From positions 77,810,001 to 77,874,000 of the forward strand of contig OX597821.1 in NCBI GenBank assembly GCA_951406725.2: a stretch of DNA of 64,000 nt, read 5' to 3'. The DNA comes from Octopus vulgaris (Eukaryota). Position 1 is the stretch's first letter. The number at the start of each line of letters is the position of its first letter. The notes below the pieces were generated by a model that was not told the DNA's origin, did no database searches, and saw only the letters and a list, made by a program, of their open reading frames with translations. Below, piece after piece: positions 1-11,236 of the stretch. The translations under genes and the position numbers were made by a program.

Positions 1-179
1 CCGGGTGAAGTGTCGCCTTTCATTAAATAAATTAACAGTCCAGAGCAGCAACGTGTATTGTGTACTTAATGTGTTTCGTACATTTGAAGGAGTTCAATGC
101 AGAGAAATAAGTATATATAAAATACGATGACGTAATAAAAGTAATGTAACCCAAAACAGACAGTAAAACAAACAAAATG

Positions 180-212
<33 letters not shown>

Positions 213-316
213 TATAAGGTGTGTTATGAGCGTTTATAGGATACAATCCTATATAAACTCAACTAATGATTAAAGATGGAGAAGAGATGTTAAAAGTTTT
301 ATAAAAATTTAATCTA

Positions 317-436
317 TGCATACGATCGTTTCAAATGATAACACCAACATGTAAGAACTATGGAAAAAATTAAATTAATTATAATTATAATTACATTAAT
401 TTAATTTAATTACGTATTACCATTCTCCTCAGGCAA
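317..436 (-). ncRNA. type I hammerhead ribozyme motif, long loop II
   Basis: CUGAGGA - GAAUGGUAAUAC..GUGUUAUCAUUU (12-bp stem II with wobbles) - GAAAC GAUC GUA. Palindromic stem-III loop; stem I is weak in this copy. Confidence 0.7.
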
Positions 437-590
437 CCACTTTGAGTCTGTGTCGCAAAACTCAATCGGATATTCATAAATTGATTGTGTAAGATGAAAT
501 ATAAGACCATGGTTAGGTAGTGTTGAGTCTAGTTGTGGTCTTCTGTAATATTCTTCTCTTACTACTTTTCCTGGTGTTTTCTCTATCTTT

Positions 591-699
591 TGCACTGAGG
601 TGAATGGTAATACGTGATTAAATTAATTTAATTATGATTAATTTAATTTTTTCCATGTTTCTTACATGTTGGTGTTATCATTTGAAACGATCGCATGCA
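591..699 (+). ncRNA. hammerhead motif, degenerate inverted copy
   Basis: UGCA CUGAGGU ... GAAAC GAUC GCA UGCA. Stem I UGCA/UGCA is intact; A9 and U16.1 are mutated. Confidence 0.6.
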
Positions 700-967
700 T
701 GGATTACATTTTTATAAAACTTTTAACATCTTCTCTTCTCTGTCTTTAATTGTTAGTTGAGTTCATATAGGATTATATCCTATAAACGCTCATAACACAC
801 CTTATACTTGTTAAATTTTCGTATTTTTAAAATAAATATTTACATTAGTAAGCTACAATTTAAATGTGAAGAATCTTAATTAGAAATCTAACTTTGAACC
901 CCACCAAAGCAAAAATTTCTACATGAACTCTCTCTCTCTCTCTCTCTCACACACACCCACACACATA

Positions 968-1188
968 CAATAATCCCTCGCCATATCGCGGTTCACCTAT
1001 CGCACACTCAGTACATCGCGCTTCACCTAGATCGCGGATTTTTCTGGCTGAAATATGTAAATTTATATCGCGGACTCCTCAGTATATCGCGGGTTTCTGG
1101 AGCCGATAGTTATTTATATTTTTTAGGTCTTCATTATTTCTGTGGCAGGTTTTGGGACGTAACAGCCACGATAGTCGAAGGATTACCG
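968..1188. mobile_element. Tigger/pogo-type MITE
   Basis: TA|CAATAATCCCTCGCCATATCGCGG ... CCACGATAGTCGAAGGATTACCG|TA; imperfect TIRs with TA duplication. Confidence 0.65.
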
Positions 1189-1944
1189 TATGTGCCTAAT
1201 CGCTGGTTGAGCAGAGTGGCGCTGTGGAGGTGTGCTAGATCGACCAGAGGTCACAAAAGATGTTTAAGGACTGAAATAAATAAAAGATAAAAAATGTTAG
1301 TCTAAAAGAAAAGGAAACTTAAATGTCACGAATGGAAAGCCTTTGATTTCAGGTCTTCTTTTTCGGTTTTAACCAGGAGCAAAACAACTATTACACTAGT
1401 TGTTCAACCATAGATTAACCATAAATCTTCAACCATTTACTTCAACCATGGATTAACCATAAATAAATTTAATTTTGCTGTTTAGGGAGGGCCATTACGC
1501 CAATAGTAACAACACACACACTGGTTCAATATCACTTCTTTATTTTTAGTCATTTGGTTAAATATCTATCCAATAATCTAATTTCATTTAATTTTATTGT
1601 GTTGTTTTCAGAAACGAAAATAGGCGGAGTAGAGTGTGGAGGCAAAGGTGGGGGAGATTCTATATATTTTAACCTGAATCTGAAATCGAAATTCAATATG
1701 TGAAAAGAGATTTTTGATTTTATTCTTTGAAATAAATATAAATTTTACTCTGTTTCATCAACATACACTTTTTTAATGGCTCCAGTCTTTTGACTGTGGC
1801 CATGTTTGTGTAGACCCCGAAAAATGTTTTAGTCGAAGATATCGACCCTGTTGCTTCAGCTGATGTCTTATCGATCTCCGTTTATCGACTGGCTAAGACT
1901 ACCTTAGCATAGAGGGACATAAGTCAGACTAAATATCATTATAT

Positions 1945-2292
1945 AACTACACACACATATTTACATATACTTACACATACATGTATACGTACATGCATGC
2001 ACACACACACATATATACATGTACATATATATATATACACATACACATACATATATACATATACATACACATACATACAAACATACATATATATACATAC
2101 ATTACATACATACCTACATACATACATACATACATAATACATACATACACATATTTACATATACATACACACACACACAAACACATATATATACATACAT
2201 ACATTACATACATACCTACATACATACGCACATACATACATGCATGCATACACACACATATATTTACATATACATACACACATACATATATA
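1945..2292. repeat. compound (CA)/(TA)/(CATA) microsatellite
   Basis: Seen directly; source of the H/T/Y/I-rich and V/C/M/Y-rich ORFs. Confidence 0.95.
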
Positions 2293-2424
2293 CGAGTGAG
2301 TTTGAAAGAGACGGGTTTCTGTTAGAGGCCCGTCGTGAAACTAAGTCGCACAGCGTCGAATCAAACTGTTTCATAACACATACACCTCCCCCCACACATA
2401 TACCCACAAATATATATATATATG

Positions 2425-3303
2425 TATAATTAATTAATAAGGGTGAGAGAATTAGATACTAATTTAATAGTATATTTATTCAACACCAAGTGGCCTAGTG
2501 CTTCGAGAAACCTGGATTATTATAATATTTTATAACATATTACAATATTTTTACAAAATAAATATAAGAGAGTGGTCACTATATTGCTCACTCTAGCACC
2601 GTCCCAAAATAATCTGTATTTTTGTTATTTTTTATTTGCCCTGTCCGTGTGAGCTAACAATCGTACTGACTTTCATGATAAGCATGTATTTTCGTGGTTG
2701 AAACCTTTTGGATTAACTGGTGCTAGAGTGAGCAATATAGTGACCACTCTCTTATATTTATTTTGTAAAAATATTGTAATATGTTATAAAATATTATTAT
2801 AATAATCCAGGTTTCTCGAAGCACTAGGCCACTTGGTGTTGAATAAATATACTATTAAATTAGTATCTAATTCTCTCACCCTTATTAATTAATTATAATT
2901 ATGCTGCATTTATTTCTAAATGCTGTATTTGTTTTCCGTGAAAGTTTGGCGCGCTGTTGGTTGGGGCATTTGAATTATAACGTCGGATGTAATCAATTGA
3001 ACCACACGCGTATTTATCGTTATGGTAAAATCTGGCGTGTGATTGAGTGGATTTCATCCAGATAGTCTTGGCTGACGAGCTACAAATGGATTTCTTTTGT
3101 AAGTAAAATTACATTTAATTCATTAATAGCGAAACAATTGTCCCAAAATAATCTGTATTTTTGTTATTTTTTATTTGCCCTGTCCGTGTGAGCTAACAAT
3201 CGTACTGACTTTCATGATAAGCATGTATTTTCGTGGTTGAAACCTTTTGGATTAACTGGTGCTAGAGTGATCAATATAGTGACCACTCTCTTATATTTAT
3301 TTT
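2425..3303 (+). mobile_element. non-autonomous PLE/retrozyme-like element: inverted arm + 539-bp unit + partial direct repeat
   Basis: Inverted repeat 2425-2600/2719-2897; direct repeat 2601-2764/3140-3303; hammerhead at 3068-3146; (TA)n on both flanks. Confidence 0.8.
3068..3146 (+). ncRNA. type I hammerhead ribozyme with fully canonical core
   Basis: UUGG CUGACGA GCUA..(44 nt)..UAGC GAAAC AAUU GUC CCAA. Stem I UUGG/CCAA, stem II GCUA/UAGC, palindromic ACAAUUGU stem III, GUC cleavage after 3142. Confidence 0.85.
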
Positions 3304-3305
3304 AT

Positions 3306-3378
<73 letters not shown>

Positions 3379-3655
3379 GGCCGACAGGGTTCAGGCTGAA
3401 CCTTCGAAGTTACTGTCACCTCTCTTCTTGAAAAAGTGTACTAATTATATTTTCTGCAAATAGTATTGAGTAATTTTTTCCGCTTAATGTTAAATTATTT
3501 TTATTATAGAAATAATACATTTCTAAATCTCTCAGAGAGATTTTTACAGTAGCAGCACGATAAAGTGATCGTATGCTGACAAGTTAATGTGGCAGTCCCA
3601 TGAAAGAGAAGAATGCTACTGTTATTTAGCTCTAGGAAACACCATTTTCTAAACA

Positions 3656-3760
<105 letters not shown>

Positions 3761-4164
3761 CTCGGTATGTCTGTCAATCTGTCTGTCCGTCTGTCAGTAT
3801 GTATGTATGTATGTATGTGAATTTCGTCGATGGCTTCAACTTTCTGGTTAACTGCTTTTATCATTCTGCATTATGAGATCATATAAAAATTCCCAAAAAT
3901 TCAATTTATTTCATTCCTACCAAATAAATGCGTAAATAAATATATTAATAAAATGATTTGAATGGAAATTCTCATCTTTAAATATTTGCACACACGACAT
4001 CCCAGGAGTCCCCAGCGACAGTTATTGTAAAGGAGACAATCCCTACTAGATAAGTCTCCAATCGTCCCACGATGTTGTGATTGAATTTTATATTGAAGAA
4101 TAACGAAAAAGATGCACAGAAGCGACAGGTTTTCTTTACTCATCACAAAGATCCTAATTAATTT

Positions 4165-4500
4165 TTTATCTTTTACTTGTTTCAGTCATTAAACTGTGGC
4201 CATGCTGGGGTATCGCCTTGAAGAATTTTTAGTCGAATGTATCGACCCCAGTATTTATTTTCTTTTAAAACTTGGAGCTTATTGTATCGGTCTCTTAATA
4301 TCGATGCGCTAAGTTGCAGGAACGTACCCCACCAACACAACAGACTTCTTTCAGTTTCCGTCAACCAAATCCACTCACAAGGCTTTGATCGGCCCGAGGC
4401 TATTGTAGAAGACACTTGCCCAAGGTGCCACGCATTGGGACTGAACCCGGAACTATGTGGTTGGTAAGCAAGCTACTTATCACGCAGCCACGCCAGCGCC
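4165..4500 (-). mobile_element. tRNA-derived SINE family A (CORE-like), internally deleted
   Basis: Reverse strand reads GGCGCTGGCGTGGCTGCGTGATAAG..GGGTTCAGTCCC..CCTTGGGCAAGTGTCTTCTAC; shared with more than 15 copies in the window. Confidence 0.85.
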
Positions 4501-5440
4501 TGACCCTAAATATTTTGAATGCAAATTATTTTGGTTTGGAATCCTGAGCAAAACATAAACCTAGGCAAATGTATTGCACTCAATTAAATATTTTAGGAAG
4601 TTAGACAATTTGGGAAACAGTCAAAGAATGTGCTATTTTTGTCTTCGTTGATCGTTTAAAAACCAGCAAGAGAGCGAGAGAAGAGAATACAAGAAAGATA
4701 GAAAAGCGGGGGGGGGGTGTCTGTATACAGAATAATTACTTCCAGAGTATTACTACTTCGTGAATAATTTCATAAATGTAATTAAGATTAGTCTTGTCGA
4801 CGAACAAAACTCACAAGCCGTATTTGGTGTCATCATTTCAAGTCTAGATAATATACTTCAGTCGCGATTCTGTCGGTGTTTTATCCTTCGTTGTGTAAGC
4901 ACAGACAATTTCTTCGAAAATATAACCTTCGCTATCACCAAGCTCATGAATAAATAAATAAATTAGAATTTGCTGCCAAATTCAGTTGAACATGTGGAGC
5001 CCTTGAGGACAGTTATTGTAAGGGAGACAATAATTAATAGATAAACCTTAAATCATAGAACCGAGAAGTTTGCATTTTATACTTATGAAGACCGGAAAAG
5101 ATGCCCCGAATATACACGTTTTTAAATTCCTTAGAAAGATCATAAATAGTTTTTAATCATTGGTAATCATGTAAGCGCCATTTCATTCTTGTTTTGAATC
5201 ATCTGGATTAATTTACCTTCAGCTGATATATTACATTCAATGACGCCTTTTACGAAGTGAGATAGTTTAGAGGATGTTTATGGAAAATGTTTTTTCTCCG
5301 TAGTTCAGTGAGTGAGAGAGAACAGATTCTGTGAAGCATTTTGTGAAGTGAGATAGTTTGGAAGACATTCAAAGAAAAATGTGTACATTATTTACATTAT
5401 TTACATTTGACGGATATTTGTCCTCATCTTGTTTGTTGTT

Positions 5441-5481
5441 AATATTTCGGCTGATGTACTCTCCAGCCTTCATCAGGTGTC
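5441..5481 (-). ncRNA. minimal hammerhead motif (3' stem I strand deleted)
   Basis: GACAC CUGAUGA A GGCUG..CAGCC GAAA. Confidence 0.6.
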
Positions 5482-5539
5482 CTGGGGGAATTTCGAACCT
5501 GGATAATCATTCCTAAGGTATTTTCCCGATCTTCTTCTT

Positions 5540-5607
<68 letters not shown>

Positions 5608-5612
<5 letters not shown>

Positions 5613-5993
5613 TCACTGCCTGGGATCGAACTCGGAATCTTAGGGTTAGTAGCCCGCGCTCTTAACCACTACGCCATGTGGAGGCACATGGCCTAGTGGT
5701 TAGAGCAGCGGACTCGCGGTCGAGGGATCGCGGATTCGAATCTCAGACCGGGCGATGTGTGTGTTTATGAGCGAAACACCCAAGCTCCACGCGGCTCCGG
5801 CAGAAGGTAATGGCAAACTTCTGCTGACTCTTTCGCCACAACTTTCTCTCACTCTTTCCTCCTGCATCTTGCAGCTCACCTGCGACGGACCGGCGTCCGG
5901 TTCAGGTGGGGAACCTATACGCCAAGGAAACCGGGAAACCGGCCCTTATGGACCAGGCATGGCTCGAGAAGGAACGAACTATGCCATATGCCC
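5608..5993 (-). mobile_element. tRNA-like SINE head split by nested SINE
   Basis: Removing 5678-5987 gives GGGCATATGGCGTAGTGGTTAAGAGCGCGGGCTACTAACCCTAAGATTCCGAGTTCGATCCCAGGCAGTGACC, with A box TGGCGTAGTGG and B box GAGTTCGATCC. Confidence 0.75.
5678..5977 (+). mobile_element. tRNA-derived SINE family D
   Basis: GTGGAGGCACATGGCCTAGTGGTTAG..GGATTCGAATC; TSD ACTA(C/T)GCCAT at 5668-5677/5978-5987; related to the copy at 29570-29874. Confidence 0.85.
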
Positions 5994-6120
5994 GTGGGTA
6001 GTGACCTGAATAATAATAATAGTAATAGCAATAATAATAATAATAATAATAAGAAGAAGAAGCAGAAAAAGAAGAAGAAGAAGAAGAAAAAGAAAAAGAA
6101 GAAAAAGAAGAAAAAGAAGA

Positions 6121-6420
6121 AAGAAAAGTTGAGAGATATGACAGGTTAGCTTGGGAAGTTAAGCAGTTGTGGTAGATGAAAAAGGTAGCAGTAGAACCAA
6201 TAATCGTCGGAGCCCTGTGAACAGTGAACAAAACTCTCAAGAAGTACGTGGAACAAATAGGGGCTACAATAAGGGTGGAGCACTTGCAGAAAACAGCACT
6301 GCTTGGAACTGCTCGAATACTCCGGAAGGTGCTCGAAAAATAAGAGGTGTTACCTTAGTTCACTGGTAGTGAACAGCTGACACTGTAGTACATTTCCAGC
6401 GTTAGAAGCTGTGCAAAGAC
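6121..6420 (+). mobile_element. R4/Dong-like RLE LINE, 3' fragment
   Basis: KVERYDRLAWEVKQLW*..VEPIIVGAL..EHLQKTALLGTARILRKVL*, followed by (AAT)n. Confidence 0.8.
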
Positions 6421-6501
<81 letters not shown>

Positions 6502-6565
6502 AATAACAACAACAACATCAGAAAAATATCTTAGGAATGAGAACCAAGGTTCGAAATTTTCCCAA

Positions 6566-6611
6566 GAGACCTGATGAAGGCTGGAAGGTACATCAGCCGA
6601 AACGTTGTGTT
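6566..6611 (+). ncRNA. minimal type I hammerhead ribozyme (dimer-type)
   Basis: GAGAC CUGAUGA A GGCUG GAAGGUACAU CAGCC GAAAC GUU GUGUU. Palindrome AACGUU; family consensus stem I GACAC/GUGUU. Confidence 0.75.
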
Positions 6612-7299
6612 AACAACAAAGACGAAGACAAATATCCGTCAAATGTAAATATTGTAAATAATGTACATAATTCCTCGTCTCTTTAATATAGAACTGAAAA
6701 ATGTGTTATTTTCGTTATAAATTTTTCGTAAACCAGCAAATGAGAGAAGTGAATAATGTAGAGAGAGAAAAGTCCTGCATATAAATCAATTACTTCCAAG
6801 GAATTGCTTCCTGGTGAAAATATTTATAAAATGCAGTTTCTATAGGATAGACTTGATTGCAAACAAATTTCCCAGACTGATTGCGGTATCGATTTTCATA
6901 ATTTTTATACAATAAAAATATGGTATATTTTTATAAATCATTGGTTGTCGCGTATATAGCTATTTTATTTTTGCATGAGATCATTAACAAGACTTAAACC
7001 CAGGCAAATATATTATCGGGTACTCTAGCAAATTAGAATTCAAAGCCAGAGTGAACTGGAAACCTACACTCCTTGAAGGCTGTGATTTTACGGGAAATAA
7101 TTTCCATTAAATAAGTTTTAAATCATCTGTAGGCTGAAGAACCTGAAGTTTAACTTTCAAATTAATGATGATGCATAGAATATACACATATTTTCTTATT
7201 ACGAAAATCGTTAATATTTTCTAGTCGTTCGTTATCTTTTACAGGGCCATTTTACTCTTGTTTGGAACAAGTAGCAAGACATGAGCCTAAGTATATATC

Positions 7300-7942
7300 T
7301 GTAGTGGCTTCATGCAGGCATGGCGTGGATTCGATCCTCGATAGCCAAATTTCACTTAACAGTTCAACAGTTACATTTGCCAGATGCCTTCGCTAAGCAG
7401 AATAATGTCTTTGCCACTTGACCCTTCTAACCTCTTCTCGGCCACCAAAAACTAGAATAGAGATAACAGACCGCCAATGAAATCTATTGTTCTCAAAAAT
7501 ATGTCTATCCTTCTGGGTGGTTTTGGATAGTTATAAAAACAAGAACTCCGTAAGCCAAAGTCGATGAGAACCGAATCTGGTTGACCGGCTGAACAAAACG
7601 CCGTCTCTAAAGGAAAAGGTACAAAAGGACAACTATGGTAACTCACCAACGAAGCAGTTGTTTCGTCCCACCACTCTCACTTTCGCTAACTCACTTTCTT
7701 TTCTCTGTAACATTACCATATCTCTCTATATTCTACTATGAGGACGTGTACACACACACATACCGGCCGAAATTAATTATTTTTACCTCGCATGCTTTTC
7801 CATTTACTAATTATACATACCAACCCGTCGTAGTTTTGAATATATATAAACTAACGGTAAATAAATATTTCTTACAACTTCGATCACTGTTCTGCTTCCG
7901 TCTTGCATACTGGCAACCGACACCTTTACAACAACCGTTACA
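7300..7942 (+). mobile_element. probable solo LTR
   Basis: TGTAGTGG...CCGTTACA termini, TATAAAA near 7532, AATAAA near 7860. Cleanly interrupts the tandem-array unit; TSD unclear. Confidence 0.5.
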
Positions 7943-7992
7943 CATATATATTACATTCAATTAAATATTTTACGAAGTAAGATAGTTTAGAT

Positions 7993-8263
7993 CAGTGCTT
8001 CTCAAACTATCTGATGTGGTGTACCGGCAGTTTTTTTTCCCAATGTGCCAGGGACCAGTAATATTTCTTAGTAATATTAATTTATACCGGAAACAATATA
8101 TATAATGAATATAATAAAAGCTGACAATTTTTTAATGTTATATTTATTTTGTAAACAAATAATACAATATTACATAAGCATTTTATAAGCATTTTATAAT
8201 GCTTCTTTCTTTTCTGGAAACTCGACGCGTACCGGCAGCGAGCCACCACTTTGAGTAGCACTG
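7993..8263. mobile_element. hAT (Charlie/Buster-like) MITE
   Basis: TIRs CAGTGCTTCTCAAA / TTTGAGTAGCACTG; perfect 8-bp TSD GTTTAGAT at 7985-7992 and 8264-8271. Confidence 0.9.
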
Positions 8264-8345
8264 GTTTAGATGACATTCAAGGAAATTGATCTTTTGCCTT
8301 TATAGATCGTTCATATTTCAGGAATCTAGAGTGAAGCGAATAAAA

Positions 8346-8377
<32 letters not shown>

Positions 8378-8821
8378 GAGAGAGGTCCTGCATACAACTT
8401 AATTACATCCAGGAAATTACTTCTTCGTGAAAAATTTCATAAATGTACTCGCCTAATGGCACCTACAAGATGCACTTGCCATAAATAGTATTGATTACAA
8501 AGAAACTTACGAAACCGTTTTTGTTGTCATCATTCCAGGCGTAGAGAATATATTTCATCTGATATTCTATACTTGTTTATCCTTCGTTACGTTAGTCAAG
8601 ACAATTTCAATCTAAATACAACTCCTTGTCCGCTGCTTCCAGTTTGTGTGGATAGAAATTAGAATCCACAGCCAAAATGATCTGAACACTCGCTGTCCTT
8701 GGAGGCTGTGGGATACTTTTGTTTTTATATATTTTCAAAAATTGTAAACGATTTTTAGTTGTTGGCAGTTATGTATAGGGCTGTTTTATTCTTGTTTGGA
8801 ATCATCGGCAGGATGACATAA

Positions 8822-9124
8822 CTGGTCCTTCGTCGATTACGACGATAAAGGTTCTGGTCGATCCGAAATACCGAACCGCCTGCTCATGAAATTAACGTGC
8901 AGGTGGCTGAGCACTCCACAGACGATTGTACCCTTAACGTAGTTCTTGGGGAGATTGAATGTGATACAGAATGTGCCAAGGCTGGCCCTTTGAAATACAG
9001 GTGCAACTCGTTTTTGCCAACTAAATGTATTGGAGCAATGTGAAATAAAGTGTCTTGATTAAGGACGCAACATACGGCCTAACGATCGTCAGCCAAATAC
9101 CTTAACCACCAAACCACGCGCCTT
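8822..9124 (-). mobile_element. tRNA-derived SINE family C (CORE-like)
   Basis: Homologous to 44246-44572; reverse strand begins AAGGCGCGTGGTTTGGTGGTTAAGG. Confidence 0.75.
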
Positions 9125-10794
9125 TGACACGAACAGTGGCAAGAATGTTACTTTCAATGAAACATTTTACGAAGTGAGATAATTTTGAAGATATTCAAGG
9201 AAACTTTTTGTCTTTATAAATTGTTCATAATACAGGAAAAGAGAGAGAGAGAAAGAGGTAGGTAGAGACCTATTAGAGCTGAGAGAGAAGAACATCCGCA
9301 TACTGATTAATTTAATCCAGGGAAACAGTATTCTGTGAAAAATGTCCTTAACGTAGTTCCTTTTATAGTCTTGAGAGAAACAAATTGCAAAAGCAGTTTT
9401 TGGTGTCACCATTCCGGGGGTGAGATAATGTATTTCATCTGTGTTTGTTCTTTGTTAGGTTAATACAGACAAATTCTTTGTAAATATAACGCTTTGTGTA
9501 TCGCCATCAGTTTGTGTGGATATAACGTAGATTTCACAGCTCGAGTGAGTTGAAGATGTGTAGTCTTTGAAGGTAGGTGTTTGATGGGTGACAGTCTATA
9601 CTAAATGCGTTTTAAGTCATCTGCGGGATAAGAATGTGGAAGATTAAATTTAAAAGTAATGAAGTAGATACACAGAATATGGCATACAATTAAACACTAT
9701 ACGAAGTGAGAAGTTTAGGGGACATTCATGGAAAAATATTTTTCTCTCTTGATCGATCGTTCAGAATTCAGAAAGCTAGAAAGACGCGAATACAGATGAC
9801 AGAGAAAAGACCTACTATACCCAGAAAATTATTACCTTGTGAAAAATTTCATAAATGTGGTTAGCAGAATGGTTCTGGTTAGAGATAAAGGGAAAAAAGC
9901 CGTTTTCGATGTGATCTTTTAGGCGTACAAAATGAATTTTCGTATTATTCCATCGTTGTTTATCCTTCGTTAAGTTTGCAGAGAAAATTTATTTGTCAAA
10001 ATAACGCGATTGTCTCTATCGCAATCAGTTTGTGCAGATATAAAACTGAATTCATAAATGTATAAGTGTTTCGATTACCAACAAATTTCAAAAGCTGTTT
10101 TTGGTGTCATTATTTCGGGCGTATATAATACAATTCGTCTGCTGTCCCATCGTTATTTATTCTTAACCACAAACAGAGTGGGTTTCACCATCAGTTTGTG
10201 TATATATGAATAGAATGAACAGCCAGAGTGAGGTGAAGAGTGAGACAGTTATTTTGAGGGAGGTGATTACTACTAAATAAATTAAATCAACTTCAGGTTG
10301 AATTTAATACTTTAAACAAACAGGGATGTTGCACAGAATATAGCTGCTTCTTTTATACATTACAAAGATCGTAAATATTTTTGTTATTGATTGAGTTGTT
10401 TCGCACCATTTATATCTTGTTTGGAATCAAAATAACGTAAACCTTGGCAAATATATTACATTCAATGAAATATTGGAGGAAATGAGACAGCTTAGAAAGC
10501 ATTCATGGAAACTGTTTTTCTGTTTCTAAAGATAGTTCATACTTAAGGAATTTAGAGAGAAGCGAACTGAGAGAAGCGAATAGAACTGAGAGAGTCCTAC
10601 ATACAGGTTAATTATATCCGAAGAATTATCACTGATTTCTTTTATACGGCGTTTTATTTCTCATAGTTTGAACCAATCACCCGTGATAAACGAGGACAGA
10701 TGCTCATACTTTCAACATAAGCACTAGTGTTTCAACCAAAATCTGGTTTTTGAGCTTCAGTTAATGGTTTACAGGAAATTGGAGAAACATGTAT

Positions 10795-11194
10795 CAGTCA
10801 TTTGACTGTGACCATGCTGCAGCACCGCCTTTAGTCGAACAAATCGACCCCAGGACATATTCTTTGTAAGCCTAGTACTTATTCTATAGGTCGTTTTTGC
10901 CGAACCGCTAAGATACGGGGACGTAAACACACCAACATCGGTTGTCAAGCGATAGTAGGGGAACAAACACAGACACACAAATACACGCACGCACACGCAC
11001 ATTCACACACCCATACCCACCCACACACACGTACACAAACACCAACACTCACACACGCACAAACACCAACAGGCACACACACACACCGACAGGCACACAT
11101 ACACACATACCAACACGCACACACACGCGCACACAAACCAACACGCACATACACACCAGCACGCACATACACACCAGCACGCACATACACACGC

Positions 11195-11236
<42 letters not shown>

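Larger units (their letters stand above)
210..930. mobile_element. PLE pLTR-like fragment with inverted partial copy (arms 210-432 / 595-809)
   Basis: AAGTATAAGGTGTGTTATGAGCGTTTATAGG at 210 has its reverse complement ending at 809. Arms are about 220 bp, abut (TA)n at 180-210, and each carries a hammerhead motif. Confidence 0.7.
5385..6695. mobile_element. fold-back insertion of tRNA-head/microsatellite/hammerhead element with two nested insertions
   Basis: 11-bp TSD GAAAAATGTGT at 5374-5384 and 6696-6706. Inverted arms about 5385-5620 and 5996-6695; tRNA-like centre. Confidence 0.8.
3950..10640. repeat. ancient degenerate tandem array, unit about 650 bp, about 7 copies, interrupted by TEs
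   Basis: Collinear landmarks: ACGAAGTGAGATAGTTT-like at 4594, 5251, 5345, 7971, 9168, 9700, 10477; GTGAAAAATTTCATAAATGT-like at 4760, 6814, 8427, 9335, 9839; TCTTGTTTGGAATCA-like at 5187, 7256, 8790, 10415. Confidence 0.8.

Noticed and set aside
5608-5993. Functional tRNA gene (apparent ACT anticodon loop)
   Set aside because: Acceptor and T stems are mismatched, it is split by a SINE and it is fused to a repeat tail, so it is treated as a SINE head. The same applies to the heads at 5678, 29874 and 44246.
4760-8540. GTGAGT/GTAAGT donor-like sites and ATGATGA box C-like motifs at equivalent minus-strand positions in two array units
   Set aside because: Not conserved in the other units; in the unit I translated, upstream frames contain stops and no box D follows.
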